A DNA stretch of 64,000 nucleotides, from NCBI GenBank assembly GCA_964016885.1, contig OZ024750.1, positions 14,074,001-14,138,000 on the forward strand, in the 5' to 3' direction. The position numbers were made by a program, and so were the translations under genes. How positions within the stretch are numbered: the stretch's first letter is position 1; every line of letters starts with the position of its first letter. This DNA comes from Eledone cirrhosa. Its lineage: Eukaryota. Shown here one piece after another: positions 57,497 through 64,000 of the stretch. Under the pieces are notes generated by a model. It saw nothing but the letters and a program-made list of their open reading frames with translations, did no database searches and was not told the DNA's origin.

Positions 57497-57715
57497 CTTT
57501 CGCGGGATTAAAATAAAATTCTAAAGTAAATTTCCAGTCCGGCCTTCTGTTGTTGTTTTAATGAATACTTAACTCGGTCTCTGCACCAACCACTGGATAT
57601 CACATCTGCGATGGATGATTTACATAACGTTGAGTGCTTTAATTAATTTATTGCATCATCATTTACCAACCGGAACCAGCAGTTCTACCCATTGGTAAAC
57701 AGCCTAACATAAATG

Positions 57716-57805
<90 letters not shown>

Positions 57806-57863
57806 GCATGCACACAACAGACAGACACACACTCAAACATACACATACATACACACACACATA

Positions 57864-57990
<127 letters not shown>

Positions 57991-58006
57991 TTGAGTGTGA
58001 AGGCGA

Positions 58007-58225
58007 GAAGGCATGTGGCTGAATGGTTAGAGAATTGGATTCACAATATTGAGGTTGTGAGTTCGATTTCTGGACCGGGCGATGCGTTATGTCCTTGAGC
58101 AAGACACTTTATTTCACAATGCTCCTTCTACCTGGAGTTGCGACCGATAGATAATACTAGCAACTGGAAAGACCAACGGAAACATTGTTTCCTCGGTCCG
58201 ATTTGACGAAAGTTGAACGATCCTT
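58007..58225 (+). mobile_element. SINE group-2 head with alternative tail
   Basis: Matches 15304-15510. Confidence 0.8.
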
Positions 58226-58760
58226 CTATATATGTGTATATATGCAATATATATATATATATATATATATTATGAATAAAAGAAAATGTTGGTGTACAGT
58301 AATGAAAAATGATATTTACTTTTACCTTGATTGTTAATTTCAATTATCATAACAGGTATTCATATCATTTTTCAAATATTTACACACGCAAATATTTACA
58401 CACACACGCGGGAGCGCGCGCATACACACACACACACACACACACGCACACATACACACACACATATTGAGAGAGAGAGAGGGGGGGAGACAAGCAATTC
58501 CTTGTATGCTATAAATGTTTCGCAGGCATAGCGTTGTCATCGACTATACACCGCGTTGTGTGTATGTTTGAGTGTGTGTGTGTGTGTGTCTGTTATGTGT
58601 GTGTTTATGTGTGTGTTTGTGTGTGTGTGTGTGCATGTATGTGTGTGTGTGTGTGTGTATGTGTGTGTGTGTGTGTGTATGTGTGTATGTGTGTGTGTAT
58701 GTATGTGTATGTTTGAGTGTGTGTCTGTCTGTTGTGTGCATGCGTGTGTGTGTGTGTCTG

Positions 58761-58791
<31 letters not shown>

Positions 58792-59399
58792 GTATGTTTG
58801 AGTGTGTGTCTGTCTGTTGTGTGCATGCGTGTGTGTGTGTGTCTGTGTATGTGTGTATGTGTGTGTGTATGTATGTGTATGTTTGAGTGTGTGTCTGTCT
58901 GTTGTGTGCATGCGTGTGTGTGTGTGTCTGTGTGTGTGTGTGTGTATAAGTTACGTGACTATGTAATTATGATAGTACTATCAAAATTCACATGTAGTAT
59001 TGGTAAGGAAAAAAAAATTATGTAAAATCTGACAACTTATCGACCGAATGACCGCCATGGTGTAAATGCTGCTATTTGATTCACTTTGAACCACTGACTA
59101 TTTCGAGAAAGCAGAAAGAAGACAATACTTGCAATAACTAAATTTTCACAATATATCCAACCAATCTCATGGGAAAAGAGACCCGAGTCCGTGTAACTGG
59201 AGCCATTTCCTATTACTTCCTTCGTTAATGCTGTTGAGAAAGGCATGCACGTCACGCGATCTCGTTTAATCTCACTTATTGTTACATACTAGAGTAAATA
59301 TAAGTAATGTATATAAAATACCTACAAGGTCATCCTCTGCTTATGTAAATAAAATTAGTATTTTTTTTCAATTTAATTTACTATAATCTTACTCATAAT

Positions 59400-59680
59400 C
59401 CTTCTAATACTTTTATTTTCTTGGTCCCGTAACTCTCTACGTCTGAATACAGTATATTTCTTTCAGAGAAGAGTGAGTGATAGAGATGAAATGAGAAAGA
59501 AATATAGGAGGAAGAATCGATTCCAGTACTGGACTGGTACATTTTTTTATCGACCTCGAATGGATGGCATGCAAAGTTAAGTTGACTTCTGCGGAATTTG
59601 AATTCAGGGAGCAGAGAGCCGAAACGAATATCGCAAAACATTCTATCTGATGTTCTAACGACTCTACCAATTTGTCGCCT
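59400..59680 (-). mobile_element. Diverged SINE-1 variant with extended tail
   Basis: Matches 3536-3800. Confidence 0.65.
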
Positions 59681-60040
59681 TTCCTTCTAATAATACTCAC
59701 TTCTTAATCATTGTTGTTGAGTAATGATAGATAGCAGTGATCCCTAATTAACTAGCATTGCCCCCGCCACCCCCAAATGTTATCTGTTAATATTTAAGTA
59801 CCTGATTATCACTATTCAGATAGATAACGGTTCCCTCTGAACATTGTACGCTTGTATTTACACCCCTCATATATGTGTAAATGAAGAGATAAACTTTGAC
59901 CCTTAAGCACTGTAACCTTTCATCAATGAAAAGTATTTATTTCTGACTTTGATAGAATTTTACATGAAAATAATGATCCAGCTTCTACCGTTTCTATTAA
60001 CGTACCGCATTTTCAGTGAATTAAAAAATACCGAGAATAA

Positions 60041-60385
60041 GTAAGAGTAAAGACCCCCTTCAGTCACTAATGACCATAGGATTTACACCTAGAAAGTTCC
60101 CCTCCGAAACAGAAGTCCGGCCAAGGTTGTTTGTGGAAAATCAGCTGTCATCCATGCATACCAGCCTCCCATCTTCACGCCATCGATGATGTCCAATGGA
60201 AAGGCTATGACCGATACAGTTTGACACCAGTGACATCACAACTCATTTCTACAGCTGAGTAAACTGGTGCAACGTGAAATAAAGTGTCTTGCTCAAGGAC
60301 ACAACATGCAACCCAACCCGGAAATCAAACCCATGACATAAAGATCGTAAGTCCAACACTCTTGTCATTAGTCCACACGCCACCA
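60041..60385 (-). mobile_element. SINE group-2 head with a third, longer tail
   Basis: Shared head and gtgtccttgagcaagacactttatttcacgttgc module, then a distinct tail. Confidence 0.78.
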
Positions 60386-60488
60386 CTATGATTCTTGCTT
60401 CATTTAATTAAATAAAGATATTTCAATAATCTTTATCATTTCTTTTATTTCAGATAACATTAAACGGACACTTATCAAATACTGAGAG

Positions 60489-61451
60489 ATGCTCAACTCA
60501 GTGACTGTCCCTTTCCTCATATTAGCTCTTATATTAGTGATGTCGGATAAAGCAGGCTCCACTATACGATGTCCAAAATTCTGTGAATGCGAATCATATA
60601 ATATAAAATGCACTGCTGAATATTTCCCAATCCATTTACCTGCAGGGAATTTTCGAAGAGTTCAAATTAATAATAATGGGAAAATGTCTGCCAATATTCC
60701 AGCTTCTTTCTTCAGATTCCATCCAGACACATCAATCGACACTCTTACAATATATTTTGTTAATATTGCCGAAATCAAAACAAAAGCTTTCGAAGGTTTC
60801 AAGAAAGTCAAAAAAATATTAATAAATCATTCAAGCATTAGGAGAATTAACAACTATTCTTTCAGAAATCTAAATTTCAGCAAGTTCATGCTCCTTAACA
60901 CTTCAATTGGTACTGTTGAATCGTTTGCTTTCTCTGACATCAATGTCACCGACTTTTATATTTACAAAAGTAATATTAGTAAAGTGGAACCACAAGCATT
61001 CAATAACTTTATCACAACAAAATTTACTATAGCTCTGTGTTTTATTGAAGATATGCAAGTGCATGCTTTAAACAATGGAATAATCAAGAGCCTCTCTATA
61101 TTAGGAAGCAGTATTGTTCAATTTGCTTGCAATGATTTTCATAATATATCCAAAGTAAAAATGAGGGTAAAAACAAACTGTAATTGTAACAGCTTTTGGT
61201 TAATGGAAGAAAAGTCTTTGTATTCAAAATTGGAAAATATAATTTGCGCAGCTCCACCTAGTCTAACCGGTATTTCTTTATCACAGCTCAATAAAACAGA
61301 TCTATGCAACAGCTCTATTATTGCAGATTCATTTTGTTCAAGTATAGATCTTAATGTCAGTCAGATTAAATCTAATGCCAACAATTGTAGTGATTTTTTG
61401 AAAATATTGATGTTCATATTTAGTTATTTTCTCTTCATTTCGTTAAAATAA
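60489..61451 (+). CDS. Secreted/cell-surface leucine-rich repeat protein (signal peptide, LRRNT, LRRs, LRRCT, hydrophobic C-terminus, probable GPI anchor), 320 aa, single coding exon
   Basis: Hydrophobic N-terminus (VPFLILALILVMS), CPKFCEC..C cap, repeats of type I..I...AF..., NCNC..W...C..P..L.G C-cap and terminal FLKILMFIFSYFLFISLK. In-frame TGA at 60483 precedes the ATG. Acceptor-like tcttttatttcag ends at 60453 and AATAAA is at 61487-61492. Confidence 0.9.
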   Translation: MLNSVTVPFLILALILVMSDKAGSTIRCPKFCECESYNIKCTAEYFPIHLPAGNFRRVQINNNGKMSANIPASFFRFHPDTSIDTLTIYFVNIAEIKTKAFEGFKKVKKILINHSSIRRINNYSFRNLNFSKFMLLNTSIGTVESFAFSDINVTDFYIYKSNISKVEPQAFNNFITTKFTIALCFIEDMQVHALNNGIIKSLSILGSSIVQFACNDFHNISKVKMRVKTNCNCNSFWLMEEKSLYSKLENIICAAPPSLTGISLSQLNKTDLCNSSIIADSFCSSIDLNVSQIKSNANNCSDFLKILMFIFSYFLFISLK

Positions 61452-62199
61452 AAGGATATGTTATCACAAAATTTAATGTTTAAAAGAATAAAATGTTGAC
61501 TCACGAGAACAAATTCCATACGCTATTTACCAGATATCGAAATAAACTGGGAATTCACAAGAAGTTTGATGGTTTGAAGTGCTGGGATTGCGACTGAATA
61601 AATCAATCTGAGAACGAACCTAATCAATAAAGTAGGATTTCTTATTTCGATACAAGGAGACGAATTCATTGGGGAGAGATGAAGTTGTGTTAGTGCATAG
61701 TTTTTATAATATATGTTGCTGCATCGGCGAATTAAAATCAACCAGTGGATTCAAGTTGCAGGAAGTTTAACTTATTGTTCCATTGTACCTCTTCCCCATA
61801 AATAAACAATAAGTTGATATTTAAAAACTTTTAGTTAAGTTTGAGGGCACGTTTTAATTTTAATTGACAGAACTGATAATGGGTTGAAAATGTTCAATTG
61901 CGCTACACTGCTTGCTGGATCTCAAATCATGTTTAAGAGAAATTTTGTCATTCTTTTGTCAAACAAGTACCTGCAATATACTGAGGACGATTTAATCCAG
62001 CTATGCTGAAACACAATCAATATCTTGTTACAAATTTGATTACATGTCATTTGACTGAGAGGAGTCACAATCATCTCTGCCGGAATTAACAGGACACTAA
62101 TCAAACTTTAAAATGTTCATTTCCGTATGTTACTTTAAAGCATTTTAGCCTGACTCTTTGCTATTCATATTAACTGGCTGATTTACAGCTGTTTCCGTG

Positions 62200-62640
62200 T
62201 TTGAGATTCCTACAATGTTATAGTGTTATTCCGGTGGATGGCGAAGGAAATGTGTTGAAATAGTCATACCAACTCGCGGGGCTCACTCCTGCAGGTGAAC
62301 AACAACGCTCTTATATCAATGAGTAATGAGATGGTATGGGGACCAAAAATACTGGAAGTTTCTACAGCTACAGGTACAACAACAAACCAACCGTATAGCG
62401 ACCGATATTTCAACAGCTTGAGATCTTCGGCTAATCGGAAAACAAATCCTGAGTCTATAACCGAATGTGCTAAATTGCTGTTGAAGAAAGTATCACTGCA
62501 TGTTGCATCCCAAATCAGGAGCTTACCACCTCGGAACGGGAAGATCATGATAAAATCTGGCCATCTGGCCATCTAGCCATCTGGCCATCTGGCCATCTGG
62601 TTATCTGGCCTTCTGCCGTCCACTCAGTTCAACACCATCA
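62200..62640 (-). mobile_element. Fragment of a restriction-like-endonuclease non-LTR retrotransposon (CRE-like), C-terminus
   Basis: PD..IFPFRGGKLLIWDATCSDT...AEDLKLLKY..L...VVPVAVETSSIFGP...RE..*LFQHISFAIHR fits the PD..D..E.K..KY...VP.A.ET.G.WG RLE pattern. It carries stops and an 8-bp (ctggccat) expansion. Confidence 0.8.
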
Positions 62641-63070
62641 GCTCGAACTGGAAAAGTTATGATTGTTCTTACATTTGGAATATTTTTCTCTTCAAAGAAT
62701 ATATCTTATTTGATCGTTTTTTAAGAATAATTGTAAATTATTTGATATAGTCATTGTTTTATGCTCCACATTTTGTAGTTGCTTCGTTGTTGAAATCATA
62801 TTTAACATTCCGGATCAAACACATTTTGTTGGTGATATTTTTTTTTTTTTTACAAGATGTCTGATTAAAAAGAAATCGATTGTTCCTTTTGTGTTGTTGT
62901 TGTTGTTTTATTTTGTTTATTTTTTTGTTTCTAGTTACAGCGACATCTGTTGGTCGTTTATAAATACCATACACCTTTCCAGTCTCTGTTTAATATACAC
63001 ACATTGATTGATGTGATAGAATTTATTCAACTTGGATGTTGTTTCTTAGTAGGAAATCAATTTGTTGTAA

Positions 63071-63281
63071 TAATTGTTTCTACGTTTGGCACAAGGCCAG
63101 CAATTAACCAGAGCATTACTGGTACTTTATTTTATCGACCCCGTAAGGATGAAAGGCAAAGTTAACCTCGGCGGGATTTGAACTCAGAATGGCAAGGGCC
63201 ATAACTCTATACGTCAAAGCATAGCGTCCGACCCTCTACCGATACTGCCAATGCACAATGCCAGCAATCTTTTTTTTTTTG

Positions 63282-63314
<33 letters not shown>

Positions 63315-63620
63315 ATTACTGGTACTTTAATTTATCGACCCCCGTAGGGATTAAAAGCAAAGCTAACCTCAGCGGGATTTGAACTCAGAACGTAAATGGC
63401 CATAACTCTATGCTACAAAGTATGGTGTCCGGCGCTCTACCGATACTACTAATCCATTTATAATAATTGTTTCTACTGTTGGCACAAGGCCAGTAATTAC
63501 CCCAGTACATTACTGGTACTTTATTTTATCGACCCCCTAACGATGAAAGGCAGAGCTAACCTCGGAGGGATTTGAACTGGGGTAATTGCTGGCCTTGTGC
63601 CAAATGTAGAAACAATTATT
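63071..63620 (-). mobile_element. Three tandem SINE-1 copies, the last with an inverted tail
   Basis: Family motifs at 63071-63255, 63315-63455 and 63464-63620. Confidence 0.88.
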
Positions 63621-63771
63621 ATTTCTTCTTTCTTTCTTCTTTTCTTCTTGGTATCTCGCACACATCGACAACCATCACCTCACCCATACACACATACACA
63701 CATACACACATACATACATACATACATACATACATACATACATACATACACACATACATACATACATACAT

Positions 63772-63802
<31 letters not shown>

Positions 63803-63910
63803 TACATACATACATACATATATTACATACATACATACACACATACACATACATACATACATATATTACATACATACATACATACACACATACATACATA
63901 CATACATACA

Positions 63911-63976
<66 letters not shown>

Positions 63977-64000
63977 TACATACATACATACATACATACA

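Overview
Eukaryotic, AT-rich, extremely microsatellite-dense DNA. The repeat landscape (tRNA-derived SINEs, RTE LINE tails, long (TA)n/(CA)n/(TACA)n tracts) suggests a cephalopod/octopus genome; this is an inference. Two protein-coding features are supported: the last coding exon of orthopedia (otp; homeodomain helix 3 plus OAR motif, 29384-29914, +) and a single-exon secreted, probably GPI-anchored leucine-rich-repeat protein (60489-61451, +). Almost all other ORFs in the track are translations of simple repeats or transposon debris. The rest is about 30 copies of one SINE, about 8 of a second SINE group, hAT and Tc1/mariner MITEs, three copies of a non-autonomous Helitron, RTE and CRE-like LINE fragments, and several tandem arrays. 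The most striking hidden layer is a set of about a dozen minimal type-I hammerhead-ribozyme motifs from several unrelated families. Many sit in fold-back (palindromic) elements next to (TA)n tracts, resembling Penelope-like/retrozyme termini. One family has a non-canonical CAGAAGA core. One copy has its catalytic GAAA replaced within a cluster of A-to-G changes, possibly a reverse-transcribed ADAR-edited RNA. All structures were read by eye and none was computed or searched.
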